This document shows, one piece after another, positions 26,076-37,260 of a DNA stretch of 64,000 nucleotides. The notes beneath the pieces were generated by a model. That model searched no databases and was not told the DNA's origin. It saw only the letters and a list, made by a program, of their open reading frames with translations. Each line of letters starts with the position of its first letter. Position 1 is the stretch's first letter. The DNA lies in NCBI RefSeq assembly GCF_022045235.1, contig NW_027266266.1, positions 28,024,001-28,088,000 of the forward strand, given 5' to 3'. Source of the stretch: Haliotis cracherodii. Its lineage: Eukaryota. Made by a program: the position numbers and the translations under genes.

Positions 26076-26723
26076 ATTTATCAACTGTACTCTTCAATTT
26101 TTGGAGGAAATAAACAATGTCTGTCTGGTAACCCACAACATGAAGCAGAACAATGACTAGTTGGTTCATTTGTCTGTCTGTCTGTCTGTCTGTCTTCATA
26201 TGGCTTAACTTATAATCGTAATAGAAAGCAACTGTAAGACGTGTAATCCACGTTATTATTGTAGTAGCTGTTGATTGTTGATATTATCATTATTATTATT
26301 ATTATTATTATTGGGCATCTTTACTGATGTAAACTGAAGCTGCAGATTGTGCTGATCAGTCCTACTCGGTTGTCACACAAAGATGTGATGTAATAAAAAC
26401 AACATGTCACTGAAGCCAGAGGATCCCGCCGGTGTGTCTATTCACCGAGAAGGAGCGGTAAGCTCCTGTCCACTGAAGCCAGGAGTCACCCACCGGTTTC
26501 CTGGGTGGCGATACAAACAGCTGTTGTGTGTTTAAGGACAGCTAATGCTGTAGTGTGTTCAGTTATCGCACAAGAGAATGATTGGATGGCCAAAGGCAAA
26601 AGTCTTCAATCAACTTCGTCGAAAGAGCGACTATGAAAACACGTCATTCAGCTACCCATATAAGCAGCCGGGTGAAAGGTGTTCCCAAAGTGGATGCTTT
26701 ACCCTCCTTCACAAACTATCAGA

Positions 26724-27042
26724 ATGGACTTCCTGGTCATAGGTCTAACAAGAAGACAGGTGTCGACTGCTGCACGCCGCATGACGTCCTCCTCAAGTAA
26801 AGTCCTATGGTGGCTGGAGAATAACATGGAGTGTACCGTCGTCACTGACGCTGACTGCAGCAAGTCGCCGGTAAACAGCTCTACCCATAACACCTCACCG
26901 TTGGCAGTGCGTAGTAAAATTCTAGAAGATCGTCTGCTGAGACTTAACACTCGCAGACGACAAATAGAAAAACGTGATAATATTCTTAAAGAAAGAAGGC
27001 GAACAGTCGAAGCCATGGCACTCAAGGTCCTCAATTCTTCCG
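26724..27042 (+). CDS. Uncharacterised 3-exon gene, coding exon 1 (basic coiled-coil-like segment)
   Basis: ATG at 26724 (alternatives 26694, 26781); TATA-like catataag near 26658; ORF open to donor G|gtgag (phase 1). Confidence 0.7.
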
Positions 27043-27098
27043 GTGAGAGTTTTGTACCGTTTAAGAATCGTCATATATTCCTTTATGAAACCCAAAAA

Positions 27099-27331
27099 AC
27101 ATACCTGTCTTTAACAATCCCGCCAATATTGCAAACTGTCAATTAACATACCTGTCTTAAGCAATCCCGCCAATATTGCAAACTGCCAATTAACATACCT
27201 GTCTTAAACAATCCCGCCAATATTGCAAGCTGCCAATTTACATACCTGTCTTAAACAATCCCGCCAATATTGCAAACTGCCAATTTACATATTTGTCTTA
27301 AACAATCCCGCCAATATTGCATACTGCCAAT
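27099..27331. repeat. 47-bp intronic minisatellite (5 copies)
   Basis: acatacctgtcttaaacaatcccgccaatattgcaaactgccaatt(a/t) repeated. Confidence 0.9.
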
Positions 27332-27430
27332 CCAAATGGTTCCTAATTCCAACCATTAACATATTAATAATTATCCAAAACTGATTGGAAGAAATCGTGA
27401 TTTTATTACTTCATCCTTTTTTTCTGGCAG

Positions 27431-27586
27431 GTCAAACCATAGATATGTCTGTGGGTTTGGATTACCAAGGAAACATTAGGACCCCGGAGTACAAGGCAAT
27501 GTCACTGGGTGCAGGGGGCGTCACAGCACAGACACAAAGGCAGCCCGTGAAGCAGGATCCGAACCTCTCTACCACTGTCTTCCCTG
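27431..27586 (+). CDS. Uncharacterised 3-exon gene, exon 2
   Basis: Polypyrimidine acceptor ttttttctggcag|, 156 nt open in phase 1, donor G|gtatgt. Confidence 0.75.
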
Positions 27587-27862
27587 GTATGTGCCCTCGT
27601 GTGGTCGGTGGATCTACGGTGACTGACTCGCGCCTCTACTGAGTCTTAATCAATGTATTTTCACTTGATGCAAGATTGTGTAAAATAATCATTTGCAGGC
27701 TTGGTACACTTTACACGACACCCTTTACATTTGTATTTGGTGCATGTAAACTGCGTCTTAGGTAAACCTACACATAGAAAACACCGTCCCCACTAAACTA
27801 TGCTTCTCCGCTATGGTTTCTCTTAATTTGTCAGTGTATGTATGACATTTGTCCTGTTGTAG

Positions 27863-28035
27863 TGTCCCACGGGCTCAGCCGGTCCCGCTCGGACAGACCA
27901 GACATGAGGACCGTCACTACCCAGACGTCTTCCAGCCTCCTCTGCAAGCCCCCCACGGCCCCACCCCCCACGGTCGCTCCCCTCGTGGAGCTGAAGGGAT
28001 ACTATAGGAATGGTCACAGATGTACATGGTGCTGA
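27863..28035 (+). CDS. Uncharacterised 3-exon gene, exon 3 (Pro-rich, ends HRCTWC*)
   Basis: Acceptor cctgttgtag|, phase 1 compatible, stop TGA at 28033-28035, AATAAA at 28142. Confidence 0.72.
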
Positions 28036-29123
28036 CACTGGCATGGAGACAGTGGCTTCTTGGTCATTGTTATAGTTGGGTTTTGTAAATATCATGGAAC
28101 ATGACGATCATTTTATTGTATATTCAAAACGCGTCAATGTGAATAAATCAACATACTTCAGAAGCATGTATTTATGTCACATATTTGTTTGTGTTGTTTA
28201 GGTGATCATGTTAAGGACTTCGCTGGTCAATGTTTTTAGAACAGATTCAGGATCAATATAATACATCGCATAAATTTATTAAACTCCCAGTATTCAACAT
28301 GTATTTACTTGAAGAATTTGATATATTTTTTTACTGGCGATAAGTAACATAAGAGACAAATATATGACTACACGACGCCTTTGCATTAAATACCTCGCAT
28401 ATCCGAACTGTTGACATTCTTTCAGCTTCTTCAGTGTTTACAAACGACTTCGTCAGTATACATAAAATCGCACAATGTAGAAACACGACGATGTTATATG
28501 TGTAAAAATGTTGGTTTCTCTACGTCATCTTCATGTACAACCCTTGGACCCCTACATATGGAACACGCATCCTCCCAATTCTATCGACATGAGTGTGTTA
28601 CACACGTACAAGAATAACATTAAAATTACCAGCGCTATAGTATCTGTGCTGTTTAAACTATTTGCCAGACCTTCGACTTCCACACCTGAAACTGTGAAAA
28701 TTGCAATTGTACAGTATTAAAACTGTTCTGGCTACAGGTTAATGCGCCGTGTTGCGTCCACCAAGTCACAAATGCCCACCTCTCTAGCAGAGAATTCTCC
28801 ATTAACACATGTTCATGACCAGATACAGAGGGATCGTCCATCCTAACGAGGAAGGCAGTGAGTGATTTGTAGGTAGCAAGGCAACCACAGAGCAGCCAGC
28901 GAATCGAACATGTACTCTATACTGGCACAACTTGTTATACTGCTCTGCATAACTTTATATGTTGAAGATACTTTTTTTTGACAGAAAAAGAATTCAGTAT
29001 ATCAACAATATCTAGGACACGCAAAGGCTATATAGCTATTAATACGATACACAAGCTCCTCCCGGTTACGTTTGTTATACCGCGATGTGTGTTTTTCTGC
29101 AACACGCTTCACACAATTACACA

Positions 29124-30050
29124 TTACATATCATCATCCACTTCCTTGACCTCTAGTTTTGTCACCTGGGCTGTCCCAACCGGGTGCTCCTCGCCAGTGC
29201 TGCCCCCGGCAGGCAGGGCGGTGGAGGGCTTGGTCGCGACATGGAACGTCTGCTTCTTGCGCAGCTCACGTGCACTGACGTTGGAGATATAGACGTTAAA
29301 ATTGGAGGCGATTATAGCAATAGGTAGAGATAGTATGAGGAGTCCTATTATCGCACTGATGGAACCCACCACTTGCCCAGGGACTGACTTGGGGACATAA
29401 TCGCCGTAACCCACCGTTGTCATGGTAATAAGTGCCCACCACAAGGCTTTGTGGATGCTGTCGAATGTGTGTGACATAAGTACCATCTCGGTGGTGAAAA
29501 CTAAAGTAGCAAAGATCAGGACCGCCATTGCCAGCCCAATCATCAGGACCGACAACTCTCTGGCACTTGACTTGAACGTGAGGATGAGAATTTTCATGGT
29601 TTGGGATCTTTTTCCGAAGTGTAGAACTCTAAAAATCCTCAACGAAAAACATAGTCGCAAGAAGGTTTCGACTCTCTTCACATCAGAGGAATCGTTGGAG
29701 ACTTCGGGGAATCGATCAATGATGAACACAGTCCACATTACAACGATAAGAAATATGTCGAGTATGTTCAGTGGATGTTTAAAGAACCGGAGCTTGTTGG
29801 GACATACCGTTAGACGAATCACAATCTCTAGAGTGAAGAAGACAAGGCAGATGTTGTCAATAACGTACAGGTAGGGATTGGGGAGCGTGTTCATCAACAT
29901 CCCCAACGTCGTAGTGTCGTCGTAAGTAGACTGATTGCTGGTAGAGCCATTGTTGTCCCTGTGGATCTTCACCCTAAACATCGGCTCATTGAAAAGACAG
30001 AAGACTACGATGGCCACGGAGATGAAGATGAGGTACATGATGTTCCATAC
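29124..30050 (-). CDS. Voltage-gated potassium channel, Shaw/Kv3-like, terminal exon (S1-S6 and short C-terminus)
   Basis: Acceptor cttcag|GTA TGG at 30050 (phase 0); six hydrophobic segments, S4 LRIFRV, pore WWALITMTTVGYGD, and S4-S5 KILILTFKSSAREL typical of the Shaw family. Confidence 0.93.
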   Translation of the reverse strand, partial: VWNIMYLIFISVAIVVFCLFNEPMFRVKIHRDNNGSTSNQSTYDDTTTLGMLMNTLPNPYLYVIDNICLVFFTLEIVIRLTVCPNKLRFFKHPLNILDIFLIVVMWTVFIIDRFPEVSNDSSDVKRVETFLRLCFSLRIFRVLHFGKRSQTMKILILTFKSSARELSVLMIGLAMAVLIFATLVFTTEMVLMSHTFDSIHKALWWALITMTTVGYGDYVPKSVPGQVVGSISAIIGLLILSLPIAIIASNFNVYISNVSARELRKKQTFHVATKPSTALPAGGSTGEEHPVGTAQVTKLEVKEVDDDM

Positions 30051-30414
30051 CTGAAGTCAGAAAGAATATACAGTCGTGAACGTTTAACTATCTGTGAAGT
30101 AAATGTTGTGAACATACATTGGTGAGACATTGTAATTGGATATATTGTGAAAAACAAATTGAAAGAAATAAACATTTGAAATAACCTAATGTGAAGTCAT
30201 GATAAAATATATCCTTGGAACTAAATATAGTAAATTGATTTCAAGAGAAATATACATTGTGAATTCAAGTGGTTGTAGCGCATCTGATTACAGGGGGCCT
30301 ACTTACGAAATGTGAATAAACGTCAGGTAAAACACGTGGGAGCCAGACGTTGTGAATGATCATCAGTAAACGCCGTAGATTTCAGTGATAAATCCTCTGA
30401 TTGATAATAGTGTG

Positions 30415-30685
30415 TGTGTTTGTTTGTTTGATGTTTTACGCCGCACTCAGCAATATTCAAGCTATAAGACGGTGGTCTGTAAATAATAGAGTCTGGACCA
30501 AACAATCCAGTGATTGACACCATGAGCATCGATCCACGCAATTGGGATCGATGACATGCATCAACCAAGCCAGCGAGCCTGACCACCCGATCCCGTTAGT
30601 CGCCTTTTACGACAAGCATAGTCGCCTTTTACGGCAAGCATGGGTTGCTGTAGACCTATTCTACCCCGGAATCTTCACCTGTCAC
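30415..30685 (-). mobile_element. SINE-like family B copy (well preserved), next to an assembly gap
   Basis: Reverse complement reads gtgaagattccggggtagaataggtct...ggcgactaacgggatcgggtggtcagg...gcggcgtaaaacatcaaacaaac. Confidence 0.88.
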
Positions 30686-30687
30686 CG

Positions 30688-30923
30688 NNNNNNNNNNNNN
30701 NNNNNNNNNNNNNNNNNNNNNNNNNNNNNNNNNNNNNNNNNNNNNNNNNNNNNNNNNNNNNNNNNNNNNNNNNNNNNNNNNNNNNNNNNNNNNNNNNNNN
30801 NNNNNNNNNNNNNNNNNNNNNNNNNNNNNNNNNNNNNNNNNNNNNNNNNNNNNNNNNNNNNNNNNNNNNNNNNNNNNNNNNNNNNNNNNNNNNNNNNNNN
30901 NNNNNNNNNNNNNNNNNNNNNNN
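30688..30923. other. Assembly gap (N run)
   Basis: Run of N. Confidence 1.
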
Positions 30924-31579
30924 CACAGCAAGATGCACTTCATATGATGGTGTAATTTCATAAAACCAGTTTCATAAATGCACAACAGGAAAAAAATGTC
31001 TGAACGTTTCAGGTGAACCAATAACACCCTGTAATAAAAACAGCTTGTCATGTAATACCGTATCAATATAGTCTACACTAAACGATAAATAAAGCAAAGT
31101 TAAGGGAAGTAAACATTCAATAAAATGCATATTTACATCACGATGAAAGCCGAGTGAGTGTATAGTCTCGACATTGTCGGCCTTTGTGTTGGACTGTGCA
31201 ATCGCGCAATTGCATCGTCAATTGTACATCTATGGCAGTACGTGTGTGCAGCATGTGTAACAATTGATATGGATCTCTCACTCCACCACTCTAACAATAG
31301 TCTGTTCTTGTGTACCACGATTATTTTCTGTTAACCCAGCATTCCAGAAACCAGATGTTCCTATATGTCAATTTAACACACATCATTGTGTTTATGAATT
31401 GATAGAAACATGCCACTTCTATGTCGTCATATAAATTATATTACCGCTTTCAATTGGTAGTTAAGCCGCTGATATTGGTCATTTGATGCTCCTGCCACCA
31501 CCCCTATAGGGCGAATATTCCTGTCACGTCTATCGCAACATGTGCGTGATATTCCTACTTAAAAATACTCCGTGTGTGT

Positions 31580-31980
31580 GATCACGTGAATCATATTCAT
31601 ACTTACAGTTACCAAGTCTATGTCATCACGTGAATGATATTCCTACATATACAATTACCACATCTATGTCATCACGTGAATCATATTGCTACATACAATT
31701 TTACGTCTTTGTCATCACCTGAATCATATTCCTGCATATAATTTTACGTCTTTGTCATCAACTGAATCATATTCCTACATACAACTTTACGTCTTTGTCA
31801 TCACCTGAATCATATTCCTACATACAACTTTACGTCTTTGTCATCAACTGAATCATATTCCTACATACAACTTGACGTCTTTGTCATCATCTGAATCATA
31901 TTCCAACATACAACTTTACGTCTTTGTCATCATCTGAATCATATTCCTACATACAATTACCACGTCGATGTCATCACGTT
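31580..31980. repeat. 43-bp minisatellite
   Basis: tcatcacctgaatcatattcctacatacaactttacgtctttg repeated about 9 times. Confidence 0.9.
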
Positions 31981-32480
31981 AGAAGCAGAGACCACATTCC
32001 ACGTGTAAGAACAACTCACGCAGTTTAAACACGGATAAAAAACCCATTCTGGTTAAGTTTTCAATTTTCTTCCACAAAAGAATGTATTCGAAAGTCTAAA
32101 AGTAGGGATGCATTAAAGACTTAGAAAGGTTGGATATGTTTTAAGTCAGAACATACTCGTCGGCTAGTGACGAGAAATCACCTCCCTCTGCATGTCCGGC
32201 GTCTCGCTGTCACCGGTGGGGTAGGCTAAGCTTGTAGCGACCAGAACTGGGATACGACCAGAACTGGGATAAACAGTCCACAATTTCGCAAAACCCCATT
32301 TACTGCGGTAATGCTTCTGTTAGCTCTAAAACACATGGCGATATATAAGAGAAATTCACTCGCTCGTGAAAAAATATATATTAGACATCGCTCGCTCAAT
32401 CAACTCTATATGAATATTCGTCAATAACATATAATGAATATTCGTTATGAGTATATACTAAATATTCGTTAAGTAGATTA

Positions 32481-33010
32481 AGTGAGTATGGTTTTGACCG
32501 CCTCCGTGGTCTAATGGTAGAGCGTCCGCCCGGAGAGCGGAAGGTCCGGGCTTCGATCCCCAGCCGCGTCATACCAAAAGACATTAAAAGATGGTACTTG
32601 TTGTTACCCTGTCTGGCGCACGGCATTAAGGGACTTAAACAAGGACTGGTCGGCTGGGAGTCAGTATACTGTGTCTGAGTGGGGTATTCATGTTAAACTG
32701 CGGCATGGTAACTCAGTGTGCTAGCACTATAAATCGGCATCAGTCCGGACTAGTACAAGCAGACACACACACACACATACACGTGCATGCACGTCGCTAT
32801 ATAAGTGCAATAATCTTGGACGCGACGTTAAACCCCATTTCACCTCACCTCACCGAGTATGGTTTTACGCCGCTTTTAGCAATATTCCAGCAATATCACG
32901 GCGGGGGATACCAGAAATGGGCTTCACACATTGTACCAATGTCGGGAATCGAACCCGGGAATTCGGCGTGACGAGCGAACGCTTTAACAACAAGGCTACA
33001 CAACCGCCCC
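32481..33010 (-). mobile_element. SINE family A, full copy, with its 3' tail interrupted by a V-SINE-like insertion
   Basis: Reverse complement of 33010-32855 gives tRNA head, body and aaaaccatactc tail; the tail continues at 32495-32481. Confidence 0.85.
32496..32854 (+). mobile_element. Intact tRNA-derived V-SINE-like element
   Basis: A-box tggtctaatgg, B-box-like gcttcgatccc, core gtcataccaaaagacattaaaagatggtac resembling the V domain, (cacct)n tail, 12-bp TSD gagtatggtttt. Confidence 0.85.
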
Positions 33011-34918
33011 GTTTAGTATATTGATCAATTCTAATCCATCATACAGTCTGATAACATTCCCAATGTTTTATCTGATTTATGTCACACTCCTGCAGACTTA
33101 CTGTGCAAGGACTGGCAGGAGTTCGATTCTAGCCCACAATGATAAACACTTGTGTTTGGAAACACAGTACATATATAACAGAGACAGTATTAACCTCAAT
33201 CTTCCCGGCCCTCAAAAAGAGCAGCGTGACATTGGGATCCGAGGCGTCACTGATGTGATTTATGCGGCGACTGAAATATACACTGGAATAATGCACGCAA
33301 TTTCTTCTGGGTCGAATGAATGTCTGCCTGTCACAAAATATACCACTTAACCGTGTTGATCTCAAATACGTCCACAATCCTTCCACTTCCGTGGTCTTTA
33401 AGTTGCCAATACAGGCATATTATCTTATTGAGTGTGTCCCACGTGCATTTCACTCATGAATATTTAAACAAAATGGACGACTGATCACGTCTTTTTATTA
33501 TGCACTACATGTAATTGTGCAGAGCGACAGTTAAGTCATCTTGGATGGCCGACCCTCTTTCGCCGGGCTCGTGTCATCTACATAAACACTTAATGATCTT
33601 GTTCCTCCGGCGCAAATGAATTGTACGCGTTGGCCATATCAAATCTGGTCAGTGAACCACTGCCAATAGTAGAGCTATCTTTGAGCAGTAGGAAATATAT
33701 ACTTTGATATAACAATAACAGTTCTTACTCTGAGCTGATAACTGGTCACAACATCTGAGTTTCATCTAAATCATCTTGCCCTTATTAGCAGTGCCTTGAA
33801 CATTGCGTCAAACTACCAGTATATCGTGGCCCGTATGCTCTAGAAAGGTATAAGTAAACACATACAGATCTAAATATGTTAAGGAATACAAACAAGAATA
33901 CGAATGTTCAATCTAAATACGTGTCATGTCACATGAAATTAGCTATCGTCTCACATCCTCACATCACTGAACCCCTATAATCTAAACATGTTTGCGACAA
34001 AGTGCAAATCATTGTGTATTATCCTTATACCCCAAACATATTTACGATGAAGTGTACATCAATGGGCATTACGTCAGATATCGATGATAATCGATCTGCA
34101 ATAAATCAGTCACAAATACATAAATACGTTTTACATTACCAAGTTATGAAATACCATATTCATAATTAAAAGTTGTTCTGCAATGAACAATAATTTAAAT
34201 GTCATTGTATGAGAACATAATATTCTGATGTCATTGTCGTATTGGCTGTTTCAAGTATGAACACAGAAGTTATCAAATGATTTAATTTAGCAAATTTATG
34301 TGTCACAGTCACACGGGCATAATACATATAATACATGTACACAATAATACATGTACACAATAATACATCTACACGGTCAACTCCACAAAAATATAATACT
34401 CAGTTACAATAGAGAAATCTCACGAGTTAAAGATATGTGTAGATCTATATAAATCTGACTAAGAGGAAATATCTTATGATTCGATCTTTCGTGGTTAAAC
34501 ATGGTGAACCAAAACTGTATAGTATAGTGGAAGCCGATCACTTACCTCCCCTCCCGGAAGTGACACCATACGGTCACAATTTAGTTAATAAACAAAGGCG
34601 GTCAATTTGCAATATGAATATGAACGAGAGGTTGTTCAGTTTTAACACAGACTAGTTTTTTCTGACAACATTGTCCAGATTATTGAAGGTAATGGTCCCA
34701 TTTGCGTCTTTGAATGTCAATATTTACATAAACCATGCAGCATGAAACTACAATGCATTTTCTATACTGCTCTTCACTCAAGCTATACATTGTCTAAATA
34801 TCGTTGATTTATTTCGCTGTACAGTGGTCATGTGTTATCAATATGTTGTACTCTAAGTTTATGTAAAGGATTAGTTTAATGTCTAACATTGATTACCCAG
34901 GGTATTAGCATTACATAC

Positions 34919-35063
34919 AGGGGCGTCGGGGTACCCTAGTGGTTAAAGCGTCTTCCCGTCGGACTGAAGCTCCGGGTTCGATTCCCCACATGTGTACAAT
35001 GTGTGAAACCAATTTTCTGTTTTCCCCGCCTTGATATTGGTAAAAAATATACTCACTCACTCA
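34919..35063 (+). mobile_element. SINE family A copy
   Basis: ggggcgtcggggtaccctagtggttaaagcg...gggttcgattccccac...tactcactcactc. Confidence 0.85.
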
Positions 35064-36229
35064 TTACATACACTTTGATCTGTTACATACCCAAGAGACA
35101 TCCAGAAAAGAAAGCTACAATTAACGGTGTCCTGCTTTTTCTTCATTCCGTATTCTAGATGTATTGGTAGTATTCAACAAAATGCATTGTATTATGATAC
35201 ACCCTGGATAACAGTGATTTGAAACACGATCCTCAACGCTGCACGCCTCAAAATTATGGGACAACTCGCTTAGGTTTGTGTTTGATGGAATACCTTATTT
35301 TGACTTGCACCATAATTATGTTCCCGTTTTTTATTCAGGTGAACAATTGACTTGCCGTTGCATGTGTTTGTGATGGAGCAAGAAACGCTCTCTTTTTCGC
35401 GAACACCTGGCATCATCACTATTTCATAGTGATTCTTAAACACATACTCATGATATAGTCGGAATCGTACAATCGACTATGTTTTGGTAGAGATTTCTTA
35501 TGGATATGGAAATGGTTTTGTGGCTTTTATCCTCAGGATCTATACGCATCTTGCTACAGTGTAAATAATCGAATATATGCCATCGAAAAAGGGGATGAAA
35601 TCACAAGTGACGACCCATGCCATCGGGTACGATGACATACAGTCAGTAAAATTCAAGCCCTGACACTCTGATACCCTGACAAGCATGAAGTTCCAGGAAC
35701 CCTCAATCTCAGGATATGGATCTACATAATTAATTGCTTTAGAATGGGGCCGTCTTTTATACTGAACACAACGTGCCTATTGACAATTGTGTTTGAACGC
35801 CATCATGGGTTTTATCTACAACTAATCTTATTCTCAGCGGCAAGACAGCATCATATTATATCATATTAGCATGGTATAAGTCTTGATTTAGTCTTGATAT
35901 CAAGAATATATTCCAGCGTTGATTGAAAACGAGTTACACGTTGTGCAACTTGAAAATAGCCCAGGTGTATGCTAACAATATCACATAAGTACACGGTGTT
36001 GCTGGTAGACTGGTTTAAATAGACTCAATAGAATTCGGTCAATACTGCGAAGCGAAGCGGAAATAGCGACAGCACCTGTAATCCAACTGATATGCACGTA
36101 ATCTTTATGAGCTCCACTACTTCTATGGCTGCTGGCTTGGACTGCCTGGATAACAACATGTCCCCGGAACCGTGTTGTGCCCGACATCTCGTGCGGCGTG
36201 CAGCAGATGAATGAATGAATGTACACAGG

Positions 36230-37080
36230 ACAGTGTAACGACAAAAGTGTGCTCATGTATACCACTACAAATGTCACCACTATAAAGGTGATTGTACAGA
36301 TACGTGTGACGTAACGCCAAAAGTGTGCTCATGTACGCCACTAGCCATGCCACCACAATATAGGTGATGGTACAGATACGTGTGACATAACGACAGTAGT
36401 GTGCTCATGTATACACCTATATAGGTGATGGTACAGATACGTGTGAGGTAACGACAGTAGTGTGCTCATGTATACACCTATATAGGTGATGGTACAGATA
36501 CGTGTGACATAACGACAGTAGTGTGCTCATGTATACCACAATATAGGTGATGGTACAGATACGTGTGACATAACGACAGTAGTGTGCTCATGTATACACC
36601 TATTTAGGTGATGGTACAGATACGTGTGACATAACGACAGTAGTGTGCTCATGTATACACCTATATAGGTGATGTTACAGATACGTGTGACATAACGACA
36701 GTACTGTGCTCATGTATACACCTATATAGGTGATGGTACAGATACGTGTGACATAACGACAGTAGTGTGCTCATGTATACCACAATATAGGTGATGGTAC
36801 AGATACGTGTGACATAACGACAGTAGTGTGCTCATGTATACACCTATATAGGTGATGGTACAGATACGTGTGACATAACGACAGTAGTGTGCTCATGTAT
36901 ACCACAATATAGGTGATGGTACAGATACGTGTGACATAACGACAGTAGTGTGCTCATGTATACACCTATATAGGTGATGGTACAGATACGTGTGACATAA
37001 CGACAGTAGTGTGCTCATGTATACCACAATATAGGTGATGGTACAGATACGTGTGACATAACGACAGTAGTGTGCTCATG
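36230..37080. repeat. 61-bp satellite, left block
   Basis: ataggtgatggtacagatacgtgtgacataacgacagtagtgtgctcatgtatacacctat repeated about 13 times. Confidence 0.97.
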
Positions 37081-37260
37081 AATGAATGAATGAATGAATA
37101 CTCTTTATTTCCCCCAATGATTTGGAGAGTAGTACATACAGTTACATTACATTATTTGACAATGGCAATGACAAAATACATGTAAATACAACAGATTGAG
37201 CTGGGTAAGCAGTAATGAAGTGATGCGTGAAACTATATTTACATGATGTGTGACATAGCT

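Noticed and set aside
29422-29874. 150-aa plus-strand ORF
   Set aside because: Antisense shadow of the Kv exon
30542-31066. ORFs spanning the N runs (also 48389-48847)
   Set aside because: Artefacts of translating assembly gaps
36040-36070. gcgaagcgaagc mini-hairpin motif similar to the 61.3-kb apex
   Set aside because: Flanking arms do not pair convincingly; too degenerate to call
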